DNA of 64,000 nucleotides from positions 53,506,001 through 53,570,000 of the forward strand of contig OX597815.1 of assembly GCA_951406725.2 (NCBI GenBank), read 5' to 3'. The notes beneath the pieces are model-generated. The model was not told where the DNA came from and did no database searches. It saw nothing but the letters and a program-made list of their open reading frames with translations. A program made the translations under genes and the position numbers. This stretch comes from Octopus vulgaris. Its lineage: Eukaryota. Shown piece after piece: positions 44,185 to 58,506 of this stretch (the stretch's first letter is position 1; each line of letters opens with the position of its first letter).

Positions 44185-45060
44185 TTATACATACATACAT
44201 ATATGCATATAATGTACATTTACATATGCATATATATACATATATATAAACATATACACTTACACATACACACGTATATATACAGATGCACATACATAGA
44301 TAAATAGATACATACATATACACACATACAAGCATACACACACATACTTTCTCTCTCTCCTTCTCCCTCTCCTTCTCTCTCCCCTCTCTCTCTCCCTCTC
44401 TTTCTCTCTCACTTTGCTTTTCAGTCATTTGTCTATAGTACTACTGATAAAAAAAATGAAAATATTATATATAATCATTTTTGTGCAACCAATACATACA
44501 CCCAACATATACATCCATTCAAAGATACCCAGTAAAACACACAACTGCGCATACATGTTCACACACGTGGGTGTGTGTCTGAATGCATATGTTAACAAAT
44601 ATGAATACGTCGATATTTATTATTTATAAGAGAAGTGAGACAAAATTGTTACTGCAAAAAGAAGGTAAAATGTGTGAAGAGTGAGTAGAGAAGAAAGAGA
44701 GAGAGAGAGAGGGAGAGAGAGAGAGAGGGAGAGAGAGAGACGAAGATAGAGAAAGAAAGGGAAATACACAGAGAGAAAGAGGGAAAAGCAAGAGAGAGAG
44801 AGTGAGAGATAGGGAAGAATGAATTTCTAGACAAAGCACTACAAGCGCTAAAGGAAATCATCGTCGCATCCGATTTACATTCTCTCTCTGACCTGTCCTC
44901 ACGAGCTTTCTCTCTCCTACCTCTGTCATTCTTTTTTCCCTCGTTGCAGACACGCGCACACAAAAACGACAAAACACATATACACGTGTATGTGTGTGTA
45001 GCTGTGCATTTGTGTATGGCTACAAACAATCTATAATGAATATATATACGTGAGCGTGTA

Positions 45061-45098
<38 letters not shown>

Positions 45099-45116
45099 TA
45101 TATATATATATATATA

Positions 45117-45473
45117 TTTGACTGCGGCTATGCTGGAGCATCGCCTTTAGACGAGCAAATCGACCCCAGGACTTATTCTTTATAAGTCTAATACTGATTC
45201 TATCGGTCACTTTTGCCGAACCGCTAATTTACGGGGACGTAAACACACCAGCATCGGTCATCAAGCGATGGTGGAAGGACAAACAAGAAACACACACACA
45301 CACACACACATATACAACGGTCGTCAGTTTCCATATACCAAATCCACTCACAAAGCTTTGGTCCGACAACGCTATAGTAGAAGACACTCGGGCAAGGTGC
45401 CGCGCAGTAGGATTGAACCCGGAAATATGTAGTTGGTTAGCAAGTTACTTACCACACAGCCCACTCCCACGCC
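45117..45473 (-). mobile_element. SINE family A
   Basis: Near full-length match. Confidence 0.85.
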
Positions 45474-45589
45474 TGTAAATAGTATTTTATAAGATTAAAG
45501 CTTACAGGCGATCACTGTACAATGACTAAAGAAAACAGTCTAATAATGGGACATATATGCCCTCGACGGAAAAATGTAGGTTTTTTCCC

Positions 45590-45691
<102 letters not shown>

Positions 45692-46105
45692 GTGTGTATG
45701 TATGTGTGTGTGAGTGTGTATGTATATATGTATATATATGTGTGTGTATGTGTATGCGTGTCTATGTATATACTTATGAATATACTTACATATATACCTA
45801 CATGCGTACAAGCACAGACGGCTGGATTACGAAAGAGGATGCTTGGCATTCGATCATATATTATTATTATTATAATTAATAATTAATAATAATAATAATA
45901 ATAATATATATATATATATATATGCATATATACATACGTATATGTACATACCTACATCATCTATACGTACCCATATATGCATATATATACATATAGAGGT
46001 AGGTACGTACATATATGTATGTATATATGCATATGTTTCATTTTATTTATTAATTTATATATATGTAAATATATATATATATATATATATAGGCATCTAT
46101 ACGTA

Positions 46106-46161
<56 letters not shown>

Positions 46162-46182
46162 TATATATAGATATATATATAT

Positions 46183-46261
<79 letters not shown>

Positions 46262-46269
46262 TACGTATA

Positions 46270-46333
<64 letters not shown>

Positions 46334-46488
46334 CATATGTGGGCACAGGACGTCAAAAATGGTAAACAAAGAATGTTTGTTTAGTTTTCCATTTATGTCT
46401 TTCATTTTTCGAAAGAATAGTTCATGTTCCATGTAATCGTGCTTCGTATATTTTTTCTTGTACATGTTTCGTGACGTCCTGCGCCCAC

Positions 46489-46493
<5 letters not shown>
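46334..46493. mobile_element. MITE-like fold-back element in (TA)n
   Basis: 22-bp inverted termini CATATGTGGGCACAGGACGTCA / TGACGTCCTGCGCCCACATGTG; related end TGATGTCCTGTACCCATATATG at ~43202-43223. Confidence 0.65.
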
Positions 46494-46519
<26 letters not shown>

Positions 46520-47158
46520 ACTATAAATGTAAGAATGGACCGAAGGTTTTGGAGAATTTCAATAAGTATGTGTAGCGACGAAAGCCCGTTTTGTATGAAT
46601 GTATATATGTACGTATGTGTGCATGTAAGTATGTACGTATGTATGTATGTATGTATTTATATATTTATGTAAGTGTATGTATGTATATAAATATATGTAT
46701 ATACATATATATATATGTATGTGTGTACATATATGTGTGTGTATGAATGTATATATATATGTGTGTGTGTATATACATATACATATATATACATATATAC
46801 ATACATACGTGTGTGTATGTGTATGTGTTTTTGCATGTTTGTGTGTACATTCATGGTTGAAATGCATATAAAAAAACAGAATACAGAGACAAGTGAGACA
46901 ACAATAAGGTATGAGAGTTTGAGGCACAGGAATCTCGGGACTAATGTATAATTTTAAAATAATATTTTAAATTTTAATGTACATGTATGCCATATAAGAA
47001 AGGATGAAATATAAAAAAAAAATTTTTCTGTGGCCAGCATATAAAAATAGACTAATTAAGGTGAAGTCATTTATATAATTATAATTAACGGCATATACTT
47101 TCAGCATCTAAGCAAAGGAATTTTTTATATGCCCTTCATTATAATTATGTATATATAT

Positions 47159-47515
<357 letters not shown>

Positions 47516-47524
47516 TATATATAT

Positions 47525-47569
<45 letters not shown>

Positions 47570-47571
<2 letters not shown>

Positions 47572-47983
47572 CGCAGGAGTGGATGTGTGGCAAGTAGCTT
47601 GCTAACCAACCACATCGTTCCGGGTTCAGTCCACTGCGTGGCATCTTGGGCAAGTGTCTTCTGCTATAGCCTCGGGCCGACTAATGCCTTGTGAGTGGAT
47701 TTGGTAGATGGAAACTGGAAGAAACCCGTCGTATATATGTATATATATATATATGTGTGGGGGGGTGTTTGTGTGTCTGTGTTTGTCCCCCTAGCATTGC
47801 TTGACAACCGATGCTGGTGTGTTTACGTCCCCGTCACTTAGCGGTTCGGCAAAAAGAGACCGATAGAATAAGTACTAGGCTTACAAAGAATAAGTCCCGG
47901 GGTCGATTAGTTCGACTAAAGGCGGTGCTCCAGCATGGCCGCAGTCAAATGACTGAAACAAGTAAAAAGAGTAAAAAGAAAGA
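47570..47983 (+). mobile_element. SINE family A, full length
   Basis: GGCGCAGGAGTGG..GGGTTCAGTCC..CTTGGGCAAGTG..ATGACTGAAACAAGTAAAAAGA. Confidence 0.9.
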
Positions 47984-48330
47984 GTATATATATATAAGTG
48001 CGTGTGTGTGTGTGTAAACATTTCAGAGAAACTTTAGGTAATGGAAAGGGTTTTATTATTGTTCCGGTTATCTTAGGTCCAGTGTGAGTTTAACTGTAGG
48101 GTTAGCGCCTGTAGAGCACTTGCAGCGCGATCTTCCTCTTTCCTATCAGTCTGTTTCGCTCCCTTGAAGGAAGAAATATATACATATATATATACATACA
48201 TACACACACACACGTATATCTATATATATATCTATATATATATATATATATGTATATCTATATGTATATATATATATGTGTAAGTGTGTCTATGTGTATA
48301 TATATATTTGTTTGCGTGTATGTATGTATG

Positions 48331-48361
<31 letters not shown>

Positions 48362-48453
48362 GTATGTATTGTACGTCTTCTTAAGAAAATAGACCTACAA
48401 TAGTATGCCCCGTTCCCACGTTTAAAATATCTATCTATCAATATATGTATGTA

Positions 48454-48498
<45 letters not shown>

Positions 48499-48517
48499 TA
48501 TATGTATATATATATAT

Positions 48518-48580
<63 letters not shown>

Positions 48581-48637
48581 TACATATATATACATACATG
48601 CATATATACATTCATACACACACACACATACACACGT

Positions 48638-48735
<98 letters not shown>

Positions 48736-48888
48736 ATGCACGCACGTGCACACAATAAACACGGGGAAATGTATAAATGTATATCAAATACCTTACAAAT
48801 TAAATTATATATAATAATATCGTATAATTTGCATATAATGCTATATATTTAGAAGGTACGGATATTTACATATACATTCATACACAGT

Positions 48889-48944
<56 letters not shown>

Positions 48945-49293
48945 CATATATGTACATATATGCATAAATGGTTATAAACTTAAATACAAAGTTAAATATA
49001 GTCATGCATACACACATACATGCAAATTAAATATGATGTGATGCTCAATAAACTCATGAACACTTGTTAATGAAACTGTCTGAGCTTTTGAAGTAGGAAA
49101 TCACTGCAGTAACTTCGAATTTATTTAAGCGTTATATTTTACTAACTTATCTAGTACTCTGTTGCTAGCACTGAGTAAATTTTAGCACTTGTTTGTCTGT
49201 TGTGCATCTTATATAAACATACATGGATACACACACACATACACACATATATATATGTATGCATGTATGTATATACATAAGTATGTATGAATG

Positions 49294-49346
<53 letters not shown>

Positions 49347-49662
49347 ATACATGCATATACATATACATGCACACACACACACACACTCGCGTATATATAT
49401 ATATAGAATAAAACTTATATATAAAGAACGTGAAATTCACGAATTGACAAACACGGAAAAACGGACAGTAATTCAGAGCCTTCATTCTTCAGTCAGAAAC
49501 CGATTCATCATGGCAATATACATACATACATGCATACATTCATATATATTCTTATTCTTATTGGGATTCTGCTTCAAAACTATATCACTGGTACTGGTTT
49601 TGCAAGAATCTTGCAAAACAATTACATAAACGTGTGTGTTTATATATTTATATAGATAGATC

Positions 49663-49737
<75 letters not shown>

Positions 49738-49743
49738 CCTTCA

Positions 49744-49985
49744 TCTTTTACTTGTTTCACTCATCATATTTGCGGGCCATGCTGGAGCACCATTTTGATG
49801 AATGTTAAGTCAATTTTTTTTAAGCCTGGTACTTATTCTGTCTGTAACTTTGTCTGAACTGCTAAGTTCCGGGAACTTATACACACCAGCACCAGTTGAC
49901 CAGCAGTATCCAGGCAATCTGGCAGGGGAACAAATACAGATACAAAGAGACTCCGTCTACCAATCCATTGGTCGGCCGAGGCTAC
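49744..49985 (-). mobile_element. SINE family A, internally deleted
   Basis: TTTTACTTGTTTCA..GGCCATGCTGGAGCACC..TGGTCGGCCGAGGCTA. Confidence 0.7.
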
Positions 49986-50027
49986 ATCCTCGCGTTGTTG
50001 TGTTTTTTTGTGCTTTCTTGTTTGGAT

Positions 50028-50062
<35 letters not shown>

Positions 50063-50064
<2 letters not shown>

Positions 50065-50743
50065 GTTGGAAAATAAACTCCTTATCACGCGGCTACGTTA
50101 CCAGTAGCATTCATACTCTAGCAGGTTGTGTGAACAGATATAAACTGAAGTGAACATACTTGGTGAATTCTCATTAACTTTATTGTAGATATATTGGAAT
50201 GATTTTTTTTTTCAAACAATATGATTAATCAGCCGAAATTACTACGATGATCCGGTTCTTGACTGAAGACTGAGGGTTTCGAATGTCCTGTCCGTGTTTA
50301 TTGTGTCGTCTTCTAAGAGTTATACGTCCTTGTCCATGTTGAGTTGAAAATAATCGATGCTTTAGAGTATGATACATATATTAAATGTTGGAAAATAAAC
50401 TCCTTATCACGCGGCTACGTTACCAGTAGCATTCACACTCTAGCAGGTTGTGTGAACAGATATAAACTGAAGTGAACATACTTGGTGAATTCTCATAACT
50501 CTAAAATAATCAACTGATTTTTTGGATAACACAGACAATGCAGCTGGAATTTGATCTGATCTTTAAAACTACTGAAAGCAGTAGATTTGTTTTGGTCCCG
50601 TAAGGTGCTTAAAATCTGAAATTAAAAAGAAAGGGAGATAACTCTAAAATAATCAACTGATTTTTGGATAACACAGACAATGCAGCTGGAATTTGATCTG
50701 ATCTTTAAAACTACTGAAAGCAGTAGATTTGTTTTGGTCCCGT
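50063..50743. repeat. Two abutting recent direct duplications (112 bp and ~106 bp)
   Basis: 50063-50174 = 50385-50496 (1 mismatch); 50495-50601 = 50638-50743 (1 T indel). Confidence 0.9.
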
Positions 50744-50775
50744 TAGATCTCACGAGTGAAGCATATTTTACTTAC

Positions 50776-50784
50776 TTGGTAAGA
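50776..50784 (-). CDS. Candidate 9-nt microexon (TCTTACCAA)
   Basis: Minus strand ctctatttctctgtattctcAG|TCTTACCAA|GTAAGT; keeps the frame of the 1332-nt exon (F-L-P); may instead be repeat-derived. Confidence 0.25.
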
Positions 50785-51169
50785 CTGAGAATACAGAGAA
50801 ATAGAGGGGATATTGATTTTGATTATAAAGGAAGCGTTGTGTATACTAAAGGCTTATACAAAATGTCAATAACCTATTTTAAGGGAACACTATATACCTT
50901 TATTTTTCTAACAAGTGTTGTATCGTTAATGTGCACACATGCACACGAGTAAACACATGCAAATGCATAAATGGGTATGTGTCTGTACAAGTGTGTGTAC
51001 GCGATCTTACACTAGCACATATATTTTTTCTTTAGATATCGAATACCGTGTGAATAGATTACTAACTATATCCAATGAAGTGTGATATGGGAAAATTTGA
51101 CAGCTATTTTCAGTTGGTCGAGTGATTCTATAATTCCCCTTTGATTCCGTAATTCTCTGTCGTTATCTC

Positions 51170-51208
<39 letters not shown>

Positions 51209-51374
51209 ATTTCTGTCGTGAAGCTACAGACTTTTGGTTTATGTAACCGACTAAATTTTGTCATTCCTCGGAAAGATAAGTGTAGCTATAACCTCGGCAA
51301 GATTTGAACTCATGAGACAGTCAGATTTGAGACAGTCATTTTATCACTTTACATTTTAGTTAATAATAATAAAA

Positions 51375-51581
51375 ATGGTTTCAAATTTTGGCACAAGGCC
51401 AGCAATTTTAAGGAGTGGCTATCTCAATTACATCGACCCCTGTACTTTACTGGTACTTATTTTATCAAATTGGAAAGGATGGAAGGCAAAGTCGACTTCG
51501 ACGGAATTAGAACCTAAGACATAAAGACGGACAAAATGCCGCTAAGCATTTTACCTGGTGTGCTAACGATTCTGCTTGCTC
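51375..51581 (-). mobile_element. SINE family B
   Basis: Colinear with 12438-12643. Confidence 0.8.
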
Positions 51582-51634
<53 letters not shown>

Positions 51635-51639
51635 TGATG

Positions 51640-51713
<74 letters not shown>

Positions 51714-51927
51714 TCTTTCTTTATTGGCTAGAATGGCCGTACAAGTATTTAGGACGATATGAAGCCAAAGGACTCTGGAGATTTTACATAAAAACCGTGT
51801 AAAAAAATAAACATTAATAATCAAAAAATTCTAACAAGAAAATTCCTTAAAGCGGGAAACCCCTTAAAGAGGCAGCTAATAAGCAACCACGCTCCCCCAA
51901 AATACAATGATGATGATGATAATGATG

Positions 51928-52012
<85 letters not shown>

Positions 52013-52014
52013 AT

Positions 52015-52553
52015 TGCTCGGGATGCAATACCAGGCAATGGCTCTCATAACATCTGATCTTAACTGATTGGAAGACATGTTTTGTCTTGTTATAAAAGAT
52101 GGGCTACAGTAAATATTCTGTTCAATACCACAGATTTGCTTGTCACTTGCTTGATCTTAACCAGTTGAGTATGTCCCTTAGTGTCTGACGATATGTGCAT
52201 CTCTGATCACGATCAGAAGTGGGGGAGCATCATAACCATGTGTTGAGAGGAATTCTTTGGGTTTTGAATAGTTCACCTCTGGAAGCATGGGCGTTTCGTT
52301 CAACATCCTTAAACTACCCTTAATCAGGAACCTTTTGCGCTGGATGGGCTACTCAACCAGAAGAAATTATAACAGGGCCCCACTTGCAAGGTCATGCGCT
52401 GTTTATCTTGATATGAGATCACCACGTCACGCATATATGGCTGTGATGCATGTGCCTGATGTACCCTTATCAGACGGATAGTCATAATGGGTATATTGGA
52501 CTTCGTATATTTTTACTCGTGTCACTTTGATAACATGCGCTGCTCTCTCACTC
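52015..52553. mobile_element. Family D repeat flanked by (TAA)n
   Basis: Colinear with 38403-38882; reverse complement of 53185-53517. Confidence 0.8.
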
Positions 52554-52560
52554 AATAATG

Positions 52561-52691
<131 letters not shown>

Positions 52692-52692
52692 T

Positions 52693-52948
52693 GAAGTGGG
52701 AGACACAAATGTTGCGGGCAATAACACCAATAGTAATTAGCGCGCTTGGAAGTATCAGCACTCAACTAACAACACGGTTCAAAATGATTGGTACAAATGT
52801 AAAGATAGAACACCTACAAAAATCTTCATAGCTTGGAACTGCGAGAGTTCTCCGCATGGTCAGTAAACAAGTGTCACCTTAGTCTCCGAGCTGTGAACAG
52901 CGGACACTCTCCATCATACCCAGCAAAATATGCCGAGAGTTTCCATCA

Positions 52949-52950
<2 letters not shown>
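52693..52950 (+). mobile_element. R4/Dong-clade non-LTR retrotransposon 3' fragment in (TAA)n
   Basis: TPIVISALGSIS...IEHLQKSS*LGTARVLR matches the R4/Dong C-terminus P.VIGALG...LQK..LLGTARILR. Confidence 0.75.
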
Positions 52951-53023
<73 letters not shown>

Positions 53024-53024
53024 C

Positions 53025-53517
<493 letters not shown>

Positions 53518-54227
53518 TTATTATTATCATCATCATCATCATTAATAACGATTTCAAATTTTTGGCATAAGGTTAATAATTTCGGGGAGGGGCTAAGTTG
53601 ATTACGTCGAACCGAGTACTCAACTGTTACTTATTTTATCAACCCAATCTCAAACATTCGCAGATTGCTTCAAATTTGAAGAAAATAGTTAACCGAAGCA
53701 GTTAATTCCCGCCCTTGACTGGTTATTTAGTTTATCGACATCCGAAGAATGGAAGGTAAAGATAAGCTGGATAAGATCTGAATGTTGATATTTAATAGAA
53801 AGCTCGAAATGGTAACCTTTGGGGTATTTTGTTACAATATTTTTACTTTCCGAGTTCAAAACCCGCCGAAAATGATTTTACCTTTTATGCATTCGAGGTT
53901 GATACAAGTCTAATACTGAAATTGATTTACGGGAAAGATGATAATTTTGTAATCGAATCTGGGAGAGTGAAATGCTCGGTCGATTTCAGCGGGATATGGA
54001 ATAGAAAGAAGAGGGATACAAGTAAATAAAACAGTGCAAGACATTTGATGTGTACTAGTAACACACTTTAGAACGAGAACAACCAGTTACATCAACTTGA
54101 GTGATACATTTTCTTTTATATGGGCACCACGTGGGTTTTATTTGGCACCGCTAAGAACACTACCGAGTCTGCTAGTCTCCAGTAAAAATAATGGTAACAA
54201 CAACAACAACAACAATAACAATAATAA

Positions 54228-54522
54228 TCCTTTCTACTATAGGCAAGCAATTTTGAGGCAGTGGCGGTAGTGGTGGTGGTGGTGGTGGTGGGGGAAGCCG
54301 ATTACATCGCCCCCAGTGCTTGACTGATACTTATATTATCGACCCCAAAGCATGAAATACAAAGCTGACCTTGCCGAAATTTGAACTCAGAACGTAAAGA
54401 ACCGGAAGAATGTTGCTAAGCATTGTCGGACGCGCTAACGATTCTACCAAAATAATGATAATAATCTTTTCTATTAAAGGCACAAGCCTGAAATGAGTAG
54501 GGGAGGGGACTAGTCGATTACA
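54228..54522 (-). mobile_element. SINE family B copy plus a 3' fragment
   Basis: ATCGACCCCAAAGCATGAAA..GAAATTTGAACTCAGAACGTA..GCTAACGATTCT. Confidence 0.75.
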
Positions 54523-54527
54523 AAATG

Positions 54528-54575
<48 letters not shown>

Positions 54576-54578
54576 GAG

Positions 54579-54752
54579 GAAGAAGAAGAAGAAGAAGAAG
54601 AAGAAGAAGAAGAAGAAGAAGAAGAAGAAGAAGAAGAAGAAGAAGAAGAAGAAGAAGAAGAAGAAGAAGAAGAAGAAGAAGAAGAAGAAGAAGAAGAAGA
54701 AGAAGAAGAAGAAGAAGAAGAAGAAGAAGAAGAAGAAGAAGAAGAAGAAGAA
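54579..54752. repeat. Pure (GAA)n tract, ~58 units
   Basis: Directly visible. Confidence 0.95.
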
Positions 54753-54767
54753 AACTTAATTACTTAC

Positions 54768-56099
54768 AATCGCCGGTCGAGACAGATTGCTGGTCACTAA
54801 TGTCCATTGCTGTGGTCTGCTTCAGCAGTTGCTTGTGATTTGTGATCTTTTGTTGGTTGCTAGAGAAGCTAAGATGTGTGTCCGGTGGTAGAATGGGTAA
54901 GGAGACGTGTTGGGGTGGGTAGGACAAACTCGCTGACGCCGCCGCCGCCGCCGCCGTCGCCGCCACCGCCGTCGCAGTATGATGGGCCAGCCGTGTATTG
55001 GGAAGGTGTGAGGTGAGATAATACGGATGGTAAGACTGTGAACGCTGTTGCTCCAAATGTAGCTGTTGCTGTTGTTGTTGTTGTTGTTGGCGAGGTTGAT
55101 GTTGGTGGTGATATTGTTGAGGTAGTTGGTGGTAGTGGTGGGGGTGTTGTAATGTAAGAAGAGGTGGCAACGGAGTGGGTTGGAAGAGAGCTGACTGGTG
55201 GTGGGGAGGGGGGAAGGGGAAGGGAGCGGCCGAGGAAGGCGGGGCCGGCACTGGAACCGGGGCTGGTACTGGAGCCTGGACGCAGCCGTTGAGAAGATGA
55301 GAGCGAAGCGGGAAAGCGAGGGACGAAAGCTGGTAGATACGGGATCGGTATGTGCTTGCCGCTGTGACAGTTGGCAGTGGTGGTGGTGGCGGTTGTGGCG
55401 GTGGTGGCGTTTGGCTGTGGTGGTGTTGGCGGTGGTGGTGGTGGTGGCGGTCGGTTGTCGTGGTGACGGGCGGGGACACGACCGACAGAGACGCTGGGGT
55501 AGTGTTAGGTATCAAGCTGACTGGAGACACCTTGTCGGACAGGGTCTTCTTCTCTGATCGAAGAAGTCGGGTGTTTAGCGTTGATGGAAGCACGTTTACG
55601 GTGGACAACGGCGTCGTTGACGACGTCGACGACGACGGCGATAATATCGGCGATGATAGTAATGACGATGAAGATGAAAACAACGACGAGATCGATGAAA
55701 GCAAATGTGACGTTAACGAGAGCAACTGTGGTGACGGCGGCGGCGGCGGCTGTTGCGATGGCGGTGAAGATTGAAGCGATGACAGTGTCGATAATCCTGG
55801 TGATAACGAATGAGGCCACCGTGATGCTGATGCGGTCGACGACGATGATGGCGATGACAGTTTTCTTGTTGCTGTTAATGGTGACGATGAAAATTTCGAT
55901 ATTGTCTTTAATGATGGTGACGACGACGATGGTGATGAAGATGATGATGATGATAATGATGATGATGGTGGTGGCGGTGGTAGTGGTGGTGGTGGTGACG
56001 ATGATGATGATGATGATGACGACGATGACGACGATGAGAATGATGATGATAATAAAATCAGTCGTCCGTTAGATGTCGTGCTAGAGGCAGCCACGGCTT
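54768..56099 (-). CDS. Large internal coding exon of an unidentified gene; Ser/Pro/Gln/His/Ala-rich disordered region (transcription-regulator-like composition)
   Basis: 444-codon open frame bounded by a long pyrimidine tract + cAG acceptor (56101-56100) and a GTAAGT donor (54767-54762); 1332 nt, phase 1 at both ends; in-frame stop just after the donor; GC-rich against the AT-rich background. Confidence 0.75.
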
Positions 56100-56331
56100 C
56101 TGACGTATAAACATAACAAAGGAAGAAACAACAGAGAATAAAGAAACAAACAGTACGCTTTAAAAAAAATTACACTTCCAGTAAAGACCCAAACAGTTCC
56201 CTCTTTTACCGACATGAATGTATGTATGTATGTGTGTATGTATGTATGTATGTATGTATGTATGTATGTATGTATGTATGTATGTATGTATGTATGTATG
56301 TATGTATGTATATATACACACGCACACTCAC

Positions 56332-56358
56332 GGAGAGTCGATCCGTATAGGTCAGTCA
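56332..56358 (-). CDS. Candidate 27-nt upstream exon (xTDLYGSTL)
   Basis: ttcatAG|TGACTGACCTATACGGATCGACTCTCC|GTGAGT; phase 1/1, joins in frame to the large exon; weak pyrimidine tract. Confidence 0.3.
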
Positions 56359-56622
56359 CTATGAAATGATTTTCTTAGCCTCGATCCAGAACAGGTGTTG
56401 TATATACAACTATTATGTCTCTCCCTCTACAGCGTCTTTATCACACCACCAACTACAACGAATGCCCACCACTGTCACGACTGCAGCAGCAAGAATCGAA
56501 GACTGAAGAAAAAGTCACATGAAAATAAAATATGAAGAAACTTCAGCCGTCCTGTCTTTGACTATTTACTTCCTTCTTTCTTTCTTCTTTTTTTCGCCAC
56601 ACCTTCAACGTATTTTGACAGC

Positions 56623-56682
<60 letters not shown>

Positions 56683-57552
56683 CTTTAAATCTCTGCCAGT
56701 GATTATATTATGATTATTATGTTATTTTTATAATCCGTTTCGTTTCAACTTTGATCCTGTTACAGACACAGCTTTAGGAAAAGACTCCTTCACGGTCCTC
56801 TGTCAAGTTGTGTTTATGTTTGATGTTATGTTTGTCTCCGTGCGTGAATATATAAAATGAATTTATCAACATTTGTAACTTATATATTTTATGTGTGTAT
56901 CCATACAGTGTGTGCATGTGTGTGTGTATGTGTGTATATGTATGTGTGTACGTGTGTGTATTTTGTTTATGTGAAGGTTCCGACTGCTTTGTCAACTAAT
57001 ATTTAGTGCGAATATTACGTGTTATTATAACGTAACTTACGTGTAACGCGATTTTAGCTCATCATGTCTGTCCTCTCAGACTTAGCATAGATAAGTGTTT
57101 CAAGTTTTAAAATCGTGCATAATCAGCAATTAATTATTAACTATAAAAATTAACGAAATTAACGAATAAAGAATAAAAAGTATATTATTAGGTATTTCTT
57201 AACGTTTTTTGTTTCTTCGATATGTTTTCTAACTATTTTTTTTTATACTTTAAGGAAATAGTTTGTGATATATGAGTTAAGACGTATCACAAGACCTGTC
57301 ACAGAAAAATTAAATAATGCGCGTGTGTGTTTGTGCGTGTATGCGTGCGCGCGTAGCGTGTGTGTGTGTGTGTGTGTGTAAAACTCAAGGGATTCAGTTA
57401 ACACTAACAGAGACTGTAGATTACATACAACTAAAATAGCAACAACAGCCAACAATTGCGGCAACATCAACAGCAAAGGTGATGATAGTTAACGGTAACA
57501 GTAGAGAACATATCTACTTGCATTAGAAAATATGTCGAAAGTAGTAGTAGTG

Positions 57553-57602
<50 letters not shown>

Positions 57603-57615
57603 TGTAGTAGTAGTG

Positions 57616-57669
<54 letters not shown>

Positions 57670-58197
57670 AGAGGAAAAGAAAGAGAAAATTAAAGAAATC
57701 AAACAAGGCAGAGCGACTGAGTATGTCCGTGATTAAGTGCCGGGTGGCGATCGCTTAACTCTGTTGTTGTCATTGTTATTGTAGCTGTTGCTGTTACTGT
57801 TGTTTTTGTTGTTGTTGTTGGTGGTGTTGGTGGTGGTGGTGGTGCTGATGATGATGATGTTGGTGATGTTATGGTGATGATTTTGTTGATAATGTTCTAA
57901 ATCTTATGAATTATCATTGCTTTCTTGCTGTTGCATCTTTGATTAACTTGTTTCCACAATTGTTGCTTCAGTTTTTAACTCTTTTCCTTTCTTCTTCCTC
58001 TTCTTCTGCTGCTGCTGTTGCTGCTGTTGCTGTAGTCGTAGTTGTTGCTGTTGGTAGTAGTGGCGGTAGTGGTAGGGGTAGTGGTGATGGTGTTTATGAT
58101 ACTGACGTGATCATTGCTGTTAATGTTATAATGTATCATAAACCTACGTACCTCTGGCGGTGGGGCCTGTGTATGTGTGCGTGTGTGTGTGGGTATA

Positions 58198-58241
<44 letters not shown>

Positions 58242-58388
58242 CACATACACAATGTGATAGCGTGTGTGTGTATGTGTGTATGCGTGTACTTATTCTATGA
58301 ATGTATGTGTGTGTGTGAGTGTATATATATATATATATATATATGTATATCTATGAATAGATATATATGTGTATATATGTATATATGA

Positions 58389-58420
<32 letters not shown>

Positions 58421-58422
<2 letters not shown>

Positions 58423-58453
58423 AATGGTTGTATATGTATAAATATATTATATA

Positions 58454-58506
<53 letters not shown>

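Noticed and set aside
54525-54800. Poly-Ile/poly-Glu ORF
   Set aside because: Read-through of (ATA)n and (GAA)n; lies antisense in the intron after the donor
55198-56072. Plus-strand and alternative-frame ORFs of 104-163 aa
   Set aside because: Shadows of the trinucleotide-rich minus-strand exon; no splice support
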